Assembly (NCBI GenBank): GCA_963764725.1
Contig: CAVXTM010000016.1
Coordinates: 96,001-160,000 of the forward strand
DNA length: 64,000 nt
Direction: 5' to 3'
From: an uncultured Gammaproteobacteria bacterium
GTDB lineage: Bacteria; Pseudomonadota; Gammaproteobacteria; JACCXJ01
In this document: one piece after another, positions 1 to 8,726 of the stretch
Layout: every line of letters starts with the position of its first letter
Numbering within the stretch: position 1 is the first letter of the stretch
Program-made: the position numbers and the translations under genes
Notes under the pieces: generated by a model
Told to the model about the DNA's origin: nothing
The model's input: the letters and a program-made list of their open reading frames with translations, nothing else
The model's database searches: none

Positions 1-2241
1 CGCCCCTCGGACGCGTTCGACATGCACCGTCGCGCCTTGGAGATCCGTCAAGGGCTGCATTCAACCCACCCGGAAGACAGCATGACCGCGATCGAAGTCG
101 CGGAGAGCCATCGGTCGATCGGCGTCTTACAGCTTCGTATGGGCGCGGCCTCCGAAGCGGAGCAGAGTCTTGAAGCCGCGGTGCATCTCGCGCTGGATCA
201 CCTCTTCGACCCAGAGGTTTCCGGAGCAGGCAATACGGATCCAGTGCGCACCCCGATGACCATACTGCCAAGAACGGCGGCTCTAACAGTGCTCGCCGAC
301 TCGCTGTTGAACACTGCGATAGCATCTTGGTCCGAAGAGGCTTCTAACCGAGCCCTGTCCGTTGCGCGTGATCTCGCTTGGGCTAGACCCCTTTCGGCGG
401 AAGGAAGAACGGCAGATGCCTTCGCGCTTGTTTATCGTGCCCACATCGTTGGGGGTCTTGATCCATCCGAAGCGCTCCAGGATTACCGAAAGGTGAATGC
501 CTCCTTCGACGAGCTTCTGCGGTGGGATCCTTACAACGATCTCTGGCGGCGCGAATGGGCCGCGACCGGTTTAGTGGTCAGCGAGGGGATTTTGGCCTGC
601 TTGCAGGATGAACAGCAGCGCTGCAAAAAACTGGCCCCGGATCTCAGGGAAGCAGAGCGTCTGAATCTCGAGGCCATCGAGCAGCTGCGGGTCCTCGCCA
701 ACAAAGACCCCGGCAACGTGTCGTGGGGAAGCGATTTGGCATGGGCTCTCTCCGTTCGGGCGAAAGTCCTCAAGGAGAAAAAGCAACCGGATGAACGCCT
801 CTGGGCGCTCGACGAGGCCGTCGAACTCTACACGCAGGCAGCCATGGACCCCAGCGATGTGGACGCCCAGTGGAGCCGGGCGAACGCTCACCGAGACCGG
901 GCGGCCGCCTTGGCTGACCGGAACAAGACGGGTGCAGCCATCGAAGACCAGCGACGGGCGCGCGAAATCCTCGAAACAGTGGTCAAAGAGCATCCGAGTC
1001 ATCTCGTCTTCCGCGGTGAGCTTGTTCAAACCTTGGACGGAGAGATCGCGCTGCTTCCGAAGAACGGCGATCCAGCCGCCGCCGGCGCGCTCGAACGACA
1101 GAAGAAGGAGCAACAGACAGAATTGGAGCGACTCCAAGCCGTGGACGCAGGGGATAGCTATCAGAACGAAATCTGGACGGAGCAATGGGAGCGAGGGAAG
1201 AAGGCCGAACAGGACAAAAAGTGGGATGCAGCCGTTGACGCCTATCGCGCCGAGATCGAGACTCTCAGGGCAGCGGCGGCCCAAGAACCAAACCGGGCCG
1301 CAGTCTGGTACGCGCTCGCCCAGAAACTTTTCGCCGGAGCGCTGGCTAAAGCAGGGCGAGCAACCGAAAGCGTGAGTGCCTACCGCGAAGGTCTCGACTC
1401 GGCCAAGAAAGCTGCGGAACTCGCTTCAAAGAATGCAAAATACCAGAACCACGTACATGTGGTTCACGTGAATCTCGGGGCCGCCCTTCAGGAGAGCGGC
1501 GATCTCGAGGAGGCCCTGCGCGAGTTTCGTGCTTCCCTGGAACCGCTCAACACCGCGCTTCGACTCGATCCGACAGATGCTCAGTACCACGAGAACGAAA
1601 GCAACGCATACGACTGGATCGCTTCTACCCTCGAGGAACTCAGCCAACGCGAACCGGAACGACCGGATGCCCTGCGGGAAAAACGAGAAACAGCGCTGCA
1701 AAAGAGAGTACACGCGTCGTGGCGCGCCGCTGCGTTTTCGTCCGAGATGGCTAAAGCTAATAACTACCATAACCTGGCCATGGCCCGACGAGGCCTGGCC
1801 CTGTTTCTTTTCACGGAAAAAGATGAAGTGCAGGCAGCACTTAACCTAATGGAGCAAGCCCGATTGGACGTGGAACGTACGGTGGCGCAAGACCCGAGCA
1901 ACCCCAGGTATCATTACTACCTTGGCGACGCAGATATAGCGGTCGGCATATTACGGCGGGAAAATGCTCAGATTGGTGGATGGGAGGAAGCGATCCGTAA
2001 GGGCCTCGTCTCGATCGATCACGCCCTCAGCCTCGCGCCGAAAGAAGCTGTTTATTTGAAGCCTTACGGCGGCTATCGTCAGTATCTCGGCGAGGAACTA
2101 ATCAAAGATCACCGCGTTGAGGCCGGCCGAAAGGAATTGGAACTGGCGCTTTCGGCGTACGAAAAAGCGCAGAAACTTTCGCCGAAAGATCTGGAAATTC
2201 GGGAGGTCATCGAGGCGGTGCGAGTAACGCTGGCGCGGTAG
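1..2241 (+). CDS. C-terminal part of a large TPR-repeat protein (5' end outside window)
   Basis: Frame is open from base 1 to TAG at 2241. It has repeated TPR-like helical hairpins (NLGAALQESGDLEEALREFRASL, DPSNPRYHYYLGDA, ALSAYEKAQKLSPKD). Confidence 0.8.
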   Translation, partial: RPSDAFDMHRRALEIRQGLHSTHPEDSMTAIEVAESHRSIGVLQLRMGAASEAEQSLEAAVHLALDHLFDPEVSGAGNTDPVRTPMTILPRTAALTVLADSLLNTAIASWSEEASNRALSVARDLAWARPLSAEGRTADAFALVYRAHIVGGLDPSEALQDYRKVNASFDELLRWDPYNDLWRREWAATGLVVSEGILACLQDEQQRCKKLAPDLREAERLNLEAIEQLRVLANKDPGNVSWGSDLAWALSVRAKVLKEKKQPDERLWALDEAVELYTQAAMDPSDVDAQWSRANAHRDRAAALADRNKTGAAIEDQRRAREILETVVKEHPSHLVFRGELVQTLDGEIALLPKNGDPAAAGALERQKKEQQTELERLQAVDAGDSYQNEIWTEQWERGKKAEQDKKWDAAVDAYRAEIETLRAAAAQEPNRAAVWYALAQKLFAGALAKAGRATESVSAYREGLDSAKKAAELASKNAKYQNHVHVVHVNLGAALQESGDLEEALREFRASLEPLNTALRLDPTDAQYHENESNAYDWIASTLEELSQREPERPDALREKRETALQKRVHASWRAAAFSSEMAKANNYHNLAMARRGLALFLFTEKDEVQAALNLMEQARLDVERTVAQDPSNPRYHYYLGDADIAVGILRRENAQIGGWEEAIRKGLVSIDHALSLAPKEAVYLKPYGGYRQYLGEELIKDHRVEAGRKELELALSAYEKAQKLSPKDLEIREVIEAVRVTLAR

Positions 2242-2302
2242 TTCTATGCCGCATTATGCGCGGTAGCACGCTACGTACGCCGCCGGGGCCATTGTTACCC
2301 CG

Positions 2303-2500
2303 GTTAGGTCGAGGATTGGCGCGCACACCGTAGGCGTCGGTGGGTGAATCCAGTGCTTTCACACCGGCCCTCAGTCCGACCATGCCCTAGCCACGTTTCC
2401 AATCCCCGCCACGACAAACCGAGCGTGCCGATTTCCAGCACTCGGCTTTCCGGTTGACTTCATCATGAGGCTTATGTGACCTATCCATCAGCAGCGCTTT
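2303..2500 (-). mobile_element. Group II intron 3' remnant (domains V and VI), no RT ORF
   Basis: Minus strand reads AAGCCGAGTGCTGGAAATCGGCACGCTCGGTTTG (domain V: AGC triad, GAAA loop, AC bulge; approx 2415-2448). Domain VI follows and ends CTCGACCTAAC at 2303. Confidence 0.8.
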
Positions 2501-2798
2501 CAGCAACCATGCTTACTCCACCTGCCTTCTTGATTGCGGTAAGGTGTCCGGCGGTCCTCGGATCCAGGGACCGAGAGACAGGTGCGGACGTGCCACTCTT
2601 TAGATAACTCGCACCAAGTGTAGCTGCATGCACCGAGTCCGCGCTGACCGCGGCGAGTCGGAGGCGGTGACGAAGCAGCCGTGCTGACTATCAGGACATT
2701 CCGAATAAAACACGACGAGCTCTCGCGCGGACAGGCGTAAAACGCAATGATGGAGAGACATGGGTTGCAGGGTAAAACGCGTAACTACTTGTAATACA

Positions 2799-2854
2799 TG
2801 GCGGAGAGGGAGGGATTCGAACCCCCGGTGAGTTGCCCCACAACGGTTTTCAAG
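2799..2854 (-). pseudogene. 3' half of tRNA-Ser(UGA), att-site-like fragment
   Basis: Minus strand CTTGAAAACCGTTGTGGGGCAACTCACCGGGGGTTCGAATCCCTCCCTCTCCGCCA gives anticodon loop, long variable arm, T arm and CCA. The 5' half is absent. Confidence 0.85.
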
Positions 2855-2989
2855 CGCGTAGCTGCAAAATTATTTGTTTTTTTATGTCAAGCACTTACAC
2901 GCCTAATTCTTTGATCCCTCGAAAAATAGCGTAACAATGATTAATCATATTGCGTCATTCTGGGTGTGACAAGGTTGTGACAAAAAGAC

Positions 2990-3372
2990 CTTTCCTGACC
3001 TCGCGATCCTCGGACACCGTCCAGAGCGGGATCTGCCGCTGCGACCTGGCGTCGGCGCCGAGCTTCGGCAAGCGTTCTGTCAGCACTTTCTCTGCGGCAT
3101 CGAGCGACGCAATATTGATCAGCGCCTGCACGAGGTGCTTCGTGATGACGGGGTCGAAATCGCGCGCGTCCACCCATCGCTGCGCGACGATGCGTGCGTT
3201 ATCGTACTGACGGTTCCTGACCAGCGTCCTTGCCTCGGTCGCCGTAATCGGGCTGCGGCCCGATGTCGGCGACGATCAATTCGACCGCGGCGCCGAGGTC
3301 CCACGGCTGCGCGTCGGGAAACTCGCCGTTCTTGAGTGCCTCGGCCAGCTTCCGTACCGCTTCGCTGTCCAT
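2990..3372 (-). pseudogene. Truncated, frameshifted N-terminus of third gene of the TIR operon (helical, TPR-S-like)
   Basis: ATG at 3372, 2 nt after the hydrolase stop. MDSEAVRKLAEALKNG... shifts frame near 3240 into ...RQYDNARIVAQRWVDARDFDPVITKHLVQALINIASLDAAEKVL and breaks off near 2990. Confidence 0.55.
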
Positions 3373-3374
3373 GG

Positions 3375-4363
3375 TCAGACCTCAAGCGCCTCTCTCAGAT
3401 GCTGGCGCAGCTTCTTGCCGGCGAGATAGTGCGTGATGGTGTGACGCCAGTTGCCCCAGTTCGACTCCTTCACCTCCTCGACGCTCTTGCCGCCGACGGA
3501 CCGATAGTCGTTCGCGAACCTCGGATCGGCGCCGCAGATCGGATCCATCGGATCGTAGATGTTGATCCAGCGCCGCAGGGTGGCCGCTGGGAAATCGACA
3601 GCGTCGCGCCCGGCGGCGATCAACTCCTGCTGCATTTCGCGAACGCCGAGCGGCGAGCCGAGCGTGATCAACGTATCGACCGGCGGGCAGTTGGCGCAGT
3701 TACGCAGCACGTCGTAGGCCACCATGGTCCCCATGCTGTGCGAGACGATGACGACCTTCTCGGCCTGGTTGTGCGCTGACGCCAGGTCGCTCAGCAGGAG
3801 CGAGCGCAACTTCTTGCGCACCTGGAAGCGTTCACCGTCGGCGCGAACGAATTCCTTGTCGAACAGGAAATAGTAGGCCTCCATGGCAGCCTTCTTGATG
3901 ATGGCCTCGCGCACCGGCGACGGCAGCAGTCGCGCGATCTCGCGATCGGCAGGCGCTGCGTCAACCGCCGCGGGCGCGGGCGCCAGTGGCCAGATTGGCG
4001 GCAAGCGAAGCGTTCGAGGAAAGCCTGCTCCCGCGGCGTCACGGCATTCGGCAGCTGCAGATTCGGATCGACGCGGTCGAGTCCCTCGCTCGCGAGCTCA
4101 GCCGACGCATCGCCCTCCTTCTCATAGTACGACCTGAGATCCGTCTCGTAGTTGGTGCCATAGAAGACATCGGCGTAGTAGTTGAGGAAGTGCGGGACAC
4201 CTTCCGTCGCGAGATCGATACCCCCATTCGAAGACGTGAACACAGACGGCATCGGGTCGCCGCGTTCCAACCCCCAGACCCACAGCTCCTTCAGTTTGTC
4301 GGGTGCGGGCTTCTTGGCGAGGCCGTGGCTGAAAATCACGCTGGTAGCACACTTCGCTGGCAT
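3375..4363 (-). CDS. Alpha/beta hydrolase (lipase-like), frameshifted near 4005
   Basis: N-half has the VIFSHGL oxyanion motif. C-half has VIVSHSMGT nucleophile elbow, LITLGSPLG, WINIYDPMDPIC and a terminal His (WRHTITHYL). Split over two ORFs. Confidence 0.8.
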
Positions 4364-4423
4364 GTGAGTTTCTGGATTGAGCTGCCGCACTTCCGCCGCA
4401 ATCGATGGGAGTATGAAATCGCC

Positions 4424-5740
4424 TCAGACCTGATCGCAGTCGGGCAAATGTTCGAACGCCTTGCGCACCAGTGCGCGCTCCTCGGGCGTAGGCTCAAGCT
4501 TCGCCATCAACCGGCACGCCTGTTTCCAGCTCGTCTGGTGCGACCCGGTCTGCGAGCGGGCCATCGCGACGGCAGCGTCGTAAATTCGAGCCGCATCTGC
4601 ATAGTTCTTCTGCATGAGCAGGACTTCGCCGACGGTCGCCGTCATCCAGTACTCGCCCTGGCGCGGCGCGGTACCGACGATCTCTTGGACCCTGGTCGCA
4701 AAATCAGCCGCTCGCTCGAGATCTTCCGGCGTGCCGAGCAGGACGCTTTTCGCCGCTGCGTTGATGCCGGTGTAGTAGTCGTCAGCGGCGAGCCCGAAGG
4801 CTTCCGCGTACAAGTCGCGTGACTGCTTCAAGTCCGGGATTCGATTCGAGCGCTCGTAGTGCTCCATCCAGGTCGAGGCATAGATACCGATCGTCTCCGG
4901 ATCCTTCTCGCCCGACTCGTACAGCTCGCTGACGATATCCTGTGCGGCCAACAGATCCTGTTCCGGCCCGCCACCCCGCGCGCGACGCAGCAGCGCGAGG
5001 GCGCGCAGTTGCTTCGGTCTGATCGCGCGCGGGAATTCCTTCTCGAGCTCCTGCAACATCGCGATCGCCGCATCGTACGCACCGATCTTGGTGAGGCCCT
5101 CCGCGGCCTTGCAGCCCAACGCTGCCGAGACACGCCAGGGCAGGCCGCGCTCGGCGAACAACTGCTGGATACGCTCGGTCCGGCCGTTGCGTATCGCCGC
5201 GCCGATCTGGTCCGCGGCCTTCTTGGACGCCTCGTCGAGGTCGAGCGCGAGGCGCACTGCTTCCTCGCTCATCGGCTGCCCGACCACGGCATGGAGCAGA
5301 CGCAGCAACTCGCCGCCGTTTGGGCCGTCGGGATAGCCGCTGAAATCCATGAAGATCCGCAAGGCGGCGAAGGTGGGGACCTCGGTCTGATCGACCCGCA
5401 CCGGAATGAACCGAAAGGCGCGCTTCTTGCCGCTCGCTTGCTCCATGGTCTGGTATTCGCGGCGCACCCATTCGGAATCACGCGCCTGGCTCGACCACAC
5501 CAGTATCCCCGCCTGGCTCGAGGACAAGGCGTCTTCGAGGCGCGTCACCAATTGATCGCCGCCGACGAGCACACATTGATCGAGAAACACCTTGTGCTTG
5601 TATCTGCGCAGTACGTCGTACAGGTTCAATACCCACGCACGGTTGGCAGATCGATAGGAGAGGAATACGTTCCATTGCTCGCCGCCACTCAAGGGGCGCG
5701 GAGCAGGCACGTGGCTGAGCCATTCTTCTGCAGCGTTCAT
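4424..5740 (-). CDS. TIR domain fused to TPR-S / MAP3K TRAF-binding-like (DUF4071) domain
   Basis: N-terminal TIR_2 motifs WNVFLSYRS, VFLDQ, SEWVRREY (catalytic Glu). C-terminal DPETIGIYA, YYTGINAA, YWMTATVGE motifs. GGAG RBS before ATG 5740. Confidence 0.85.
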   Translation of the reverse strand: MNAAEEWLSHVPAPRPLSGGEQWNVFLSYRSANRAWVLNLYDVLRRYKHKVFLDQCVLVGGDQLVTRLEDALSSSQAGILVWSSQARDSEWVRREYQTMEQASGKKRAFRFIPVRVDQTEVPTFAALRIFMDFSGYPDGPNGGELLRLLHAVVGQPMSEEAVRLALDLDEASKKAADQIGAAIRNGRTERIQQLFAERGLPWRVSAALGCKAAEGLTKIGAYDAAIAMLQELEKEFPRAIRPKQLRALALLRRARGGGPEQDLLAAQDIVSELYESGEKDPETIGIYASTWMEHYERSNRIPDLKQSRDLYAEAFGLAADDYYTGINAAAKSVLLGTPEDLERAADFATRVQEIVGTAPRQGEYWMTATVGEVLLMQKNYADAARIYDAAVAMARSQTGSHQTSWKQACRLMAKLEPTPEERALVRKAFEHLPDCDQV

Positions 5741-5896
5741 TTTGGATTCTCCGGACCTGGAGTCTGCGCCGCGTGTGCAGTAGGCGAGCGCACGCTCGTC
5801 ACTCACGCGATGCTGCGCGCGACCCGGTCACGATGCCCAGATTGAGCCACAACTTGCAGCCCTGACAGTGGACAAAAGTCGCGGTCGGTAAGGGGA

Positions 5897-5925
5897 AGAG
5901 TACGGATGGACCTGTGGGTTGTCAA
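5897..5925 (-). promoter_or_regulatory. Sigma70-like outward promoter in IS91/ISCR end region, facing the TIR gene
   Basis: Minus strand TTGACA-17 nt-TACTCT. Confidence 0.55.
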
Positions 5926-6079
5926 TGACACGAGCCGTCGGTCCAGGATGCGGGATGTTTCGGGCCCTTCAGCCATCCGAAGCCCGGGGATCCAGGGGTG
6001 TTTTGGCCTCTCGGGCGGGTGCCGGCCGACGGAGGCTGTCGGCTCAGGGAGTGGAACCGGGTGGGAGGGGTGGTACGCT

Positions 6080-6243
6080 GGGATCAGGCCATTTGAGTCG
6101 GTGGAATGACCGCGCGGGCGATCGGGGCGGTGCCCGGGCGGACAAGCCGAGATGAGTGAGGATCTGGGCGATGACAGGGGGATCTTCGATGGCGGCGATG
6201 ATCTTCAAGAGGCCGCCACATTGGGGCAGTGCTCCAGGTCGAG
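6080..6243 (-). mobile_element. IS91/ISCR-family transposase C-terminal remnant
   Basis: Reads DLEHCP(frameshift)LKIIAAIEDPPVIAQILTHLGLSARAPPRSPAR, the typical C-terminus of IS91-like Y2 transposases. Confidence 0.75.
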
Positions 6244-6338
6244 GCTTGGCTGGGGAGCGTTTGTAAGGACAGCACCTTCTGACCCGCCCGGGGGAAGCCC
6301 AGAGAACGCCGTAGGGGTTAACGCCAAAGGCAGGATAG

Positions 6339-6488
6339 TTTACGGAGCACGACGTACGCGCTAAGTGTGCCTCCGATGCCGAAAGTCTAGAGCATGCGCG
6401 CCAGCTCTTGGCGCACGCAGATTCTCGCTTGACTGCCCGTGTCTATCGCCGCAAACCGGAACTTGTAAAGCCAGGGAAAGGGGTTTGA
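6339..6488 (+). pseudogene. Tyrosine integrase C-terminal remnant
   Basis: FTEHDVRAKCASDAESLEHARQLLAHADSRLTARVYRRKPELVKP contains HxxR, H and the catalytic Y. An in-frame TAG precedes it; it lies 62 bp from the tRNA-Arg 3' end. Confidence 0.85.
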
Positions 6489-6550
6489 ATCGTACAAATG
6501 GCGTTTAATCGTACAGGTGCTAAAAAAATATCGCTGTAACTTATTGATTT

Positions 6551-6627
6551 TGGCGCGCCCGGAGAGATTCGAACTCCCGACCCCCTGGTTCGTAGCCAGG
6601 TACTCTATCCAACTGAGCTACGGGCGC
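6551..6627 (-). tRNA. tRNA-Arg(ACG)
   Basis: GCGCCCGTAGCTCAGTTGGATAGAGTACCTGGCTACGAACCAGG...GTTCGAATCTCTCCGGGCGCGCCA, 77 nt cloverleaf. Confidence 0.97.
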
Positions 6628-6676
6628 AGGGCGCAGTCAAAGACCCCTGATCGGCTGCGGGTTGTAGCCGTGAGGA

Positions 6677-6769
6677 TGGCGGAGAGAGAGGGATTCGAAC
6701 CCTCGATGGAGTTTTTAGCCCCATACTCCCTTAGCAGGGGAGCGCCTTCAGCCTCTCGGCCATCTCTCC
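6677..6769 (-). tRNA. tRNA-Ser(GCT)
   Basis: GGAGAGATGGCCGAGAGGCTGAAGGCGCTCCCCTGCTAAGGGAG...GTTCGAATCCCTCTCTCTCCGCCA, long variable arm. Confidence 0.97.
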
Positions 6770-6832
6770 ACGCTGTAAACACCTGCGCTTTGTCTAAGTT
6801 TATCGCAGACCCGCCCAGTCTAAAGGTAGGGT

Positions 6833-7066
6833 TTATCGATGTTGTACATCTTTTTCTAGCTCTGGCTCCACGGCGACGCTCGCCTTGCCTATCCCCCCCG
6901 CCTGTTCCTGTTGGATCCGCAGGTAGATCTCCTCTCTATGCACGGCGATTTCCTTCGGTGCGTTCACGCCTACTCGTACTTGGTTTCCCTTCACTCCGAG
7001 CACCGTTACAGTGACGTTGTCGCCAATCATCAATGACTCGCCGACTCTCCTAGTCAATATCAGCAT
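6833..7066 (-). CDS. csrA: Carbon storage regulator CsrA/RsmA
   Basis: [48 protein letters not shown]; conserved position after lysC. Confidence 0.98.
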   Translation of the reverse strand: MLILTRRVGESLMIGDNVTVTVLGVKGNQVRVGVNAPKEIAVHREEIYLRIQQEQAGGIGKASVAVEPELEKDVQHR

Positions 7067-7219
7067 CTCCTGCCTCCTCCATTATCACTAGCGTACTTGA
7101 CGCCTGGAATTGTGCTTTGTTCCCCGCCTTAAAGCAAAGGGCTCCCTGCCCTACATTCACCAGTTTAACCCGTACAAACGTTAAATGCGAGATGAATTGC
7201 TGAGCTTTTAACTGCTTAG

Positions 7220-7362
7220 TCCTACTGTGTTACAAGGCGATCAAGGGATGCCATGCGAGGGGAATCGGGCGAGAAAGCGGAGTTTACACGGCAGTAAATG
7301 AGCATTTCGAGCCCGATGCCAACGAAGCAGGGTGCCCTTCAGCAGCTTGTAACACAGTAGGA
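7220..7362. mobile_element. 143-bp MITE with 17-bp terminal inverted repeats and TTAG target duplication
   Basis: TCCTACTGTGTTACAAG (7220-7236) and CTTGTAACACAGTAGGA (7346-7362) are perfect inverted repeats. TTAG flanks both sides (7216-7219, 7363-7366). Confidence 0.85.
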
Positions 7363-7372
7363 TTAGGTAGGA

Positions 7373-8596
7373 TTAGGTGGAACTTTTTTCCAGACCAAAC
7401 GCACTGTGTAAGGTCCGAACCCCAAGCTCTAGATACTTCTCATCAACAACGACGGAAATCTTGATTTCGGAGGTTGAAATCATGCGAATGTTGATGCCCT
7501 CCTCGGCCAAGGCCCGAAACATCTTGGACGCAATCCCGGCATGGGAACGCATACCCACGCCTACCACCGAGATCTTCACGATCTTGTTATCCCCTTCGAC
7601 TCCACGTGCCGCCAGATCGCGGGCAACTTTTCCAAGTGCCTCCAATGCCCTGTCATAGTCGTTTCGATGCACGGTAAAGGTGAAATCCGTGGTCCCATCC
7701 GCCCCGACGTTTTGAACGATCATATCGACTTCGATGTTCGCATCGGCGATCGGACCCAGGATACGCGCGGCGATCCCCGGCCTATCGGGCACACCGAGGA
7801 CCGTGAGTTTTGCCTCGTCACGATTGACGGTAATTCCAGACAGCAGGGGTTGTTCCATAGACGCATCCTCAGGGGCGATGAGCGTTCCGCCGCCCTCCGC
7901 GAACGAGGAGAGCACGCGCAGCGGCACATTGTATTTACTTGCGAACTCCACCGAGCGGATCTGCAGGACCTTGGCGCCGAGGCTCGCCATCTCCAGCATT
8001 TCCTCGTAGGTGAGGCGTTCGAGGCGGCGCGCCTCGGGCACGATGCGCGGGTCGGTGGTATACACCCCGTCCACATCGGTAAAGATTTGACATTCGTCGG
8101 CCTTGAGTCCGGCGGCCAACGCCACCGCCGTGGTATCGGACCCCCCGCGGCCCAGTGTGGTGATATTTCCCTTTTCATCCACTCCCTGAAATCCCGCTAC
8201 CACCACGATCATACCGGTGTCGAGATCCTGCCGCACGCGTTGGCCGTTGACGTCTAGAATGCGGGCCTTGTTATGAGCGCTGTCCGTCAGAATATGCACT
8301 TGCGCACCGGTGTAGGAGCGGGCGCGCTGCCCGGACGCTTCCAATGCCATGCACAGGAGCGCAATCGTCACTTGCTCGCCCGTCGCCAGCAACACGTCGA
8401 GCTCCCTCGGGTTCGGTCGCGGGGTGATTTTTTTTGCCAGCGCGATGAGCCGATCCGTCTCGCCGCTCATCGCCGAGACGACCACGACCACCTGATGACC
8501 CGTCCGGTGCGCCGCGCTAGCCTTATCCGCAACGGCGCGGATGCGTTCAACGCTACCGACCGAGGTTCCCCCGAACTTTTGTACGATTAATGCCAT
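7373..8596 (-). CDS. lysC: Aspartate kinase
   Basis: MALIVQKFGGTSVG, LGRGGSDTTA, TDVDGVYTTDPR and two C-terminal ACT domains. Confidence 0.96.
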   Translation of the reverse strand: MALIVQKFGGTSVGSVERIRAVADKASAAHRTGHQVVVVVSAMSGETDRLIALAKKITPRPNPRELDVLLATGEQVTIALLCMALEASGQRARSYTGAQVHILTDSAHNKARILDVNGQRVRQDLDTGMIVVVAGFQGVDEKGNITTLGRGGSDTTAVALAAGLKADECQIFTDVDGVYTTDPRIVPEARRLERLTYEEMLEMASLGAKVLQIRSVEFASKYNVPLRVLSSFAEGGGTLIAPEDASMEQPLLSGITVNRDEAKLTVLGVPDRPGIAARILGPIADANIEVDMIVQNVGADGTTDFTFTVHRNDYDRALEALGKVARDLAARGVEGDNKIVKISVVGVGMRSHAGIASKMFRALAEEGINIRMISTSEIKISVVVDEKYLELGVRTLHSAFGLEKSST

Positions 8597-8726
8597 ATCC
8601 GCCGCAAAGGCCGGCCACTCCACCTGAAGCGCAAAGCAACTGGAATACGGGCTGGCCTCAGAGCTTGCGAAGAAATCGTAGCGAGCACGCACACCCGCGA
8701 GGCGCAGTAGATTTATTCACACGCTC

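Noticed and set aside
2303-2614. Complete miniature group II intron starting at minus-strand GTGCG (2614)
   Set aside because: Only about 310 nt long and no domain I structure is recognisable; likely a chance pentamer.
6517-7014. 165-aa ORF over the tRNAs
   Set aside because: It is the antisense translation of tRNA-Arg, tRNA-Ser and csrA.
8597-8726. Lysine riboswitch before lysC
   Set aside because: The gap is only 130 bp and lacks the conserved L-box motifs.
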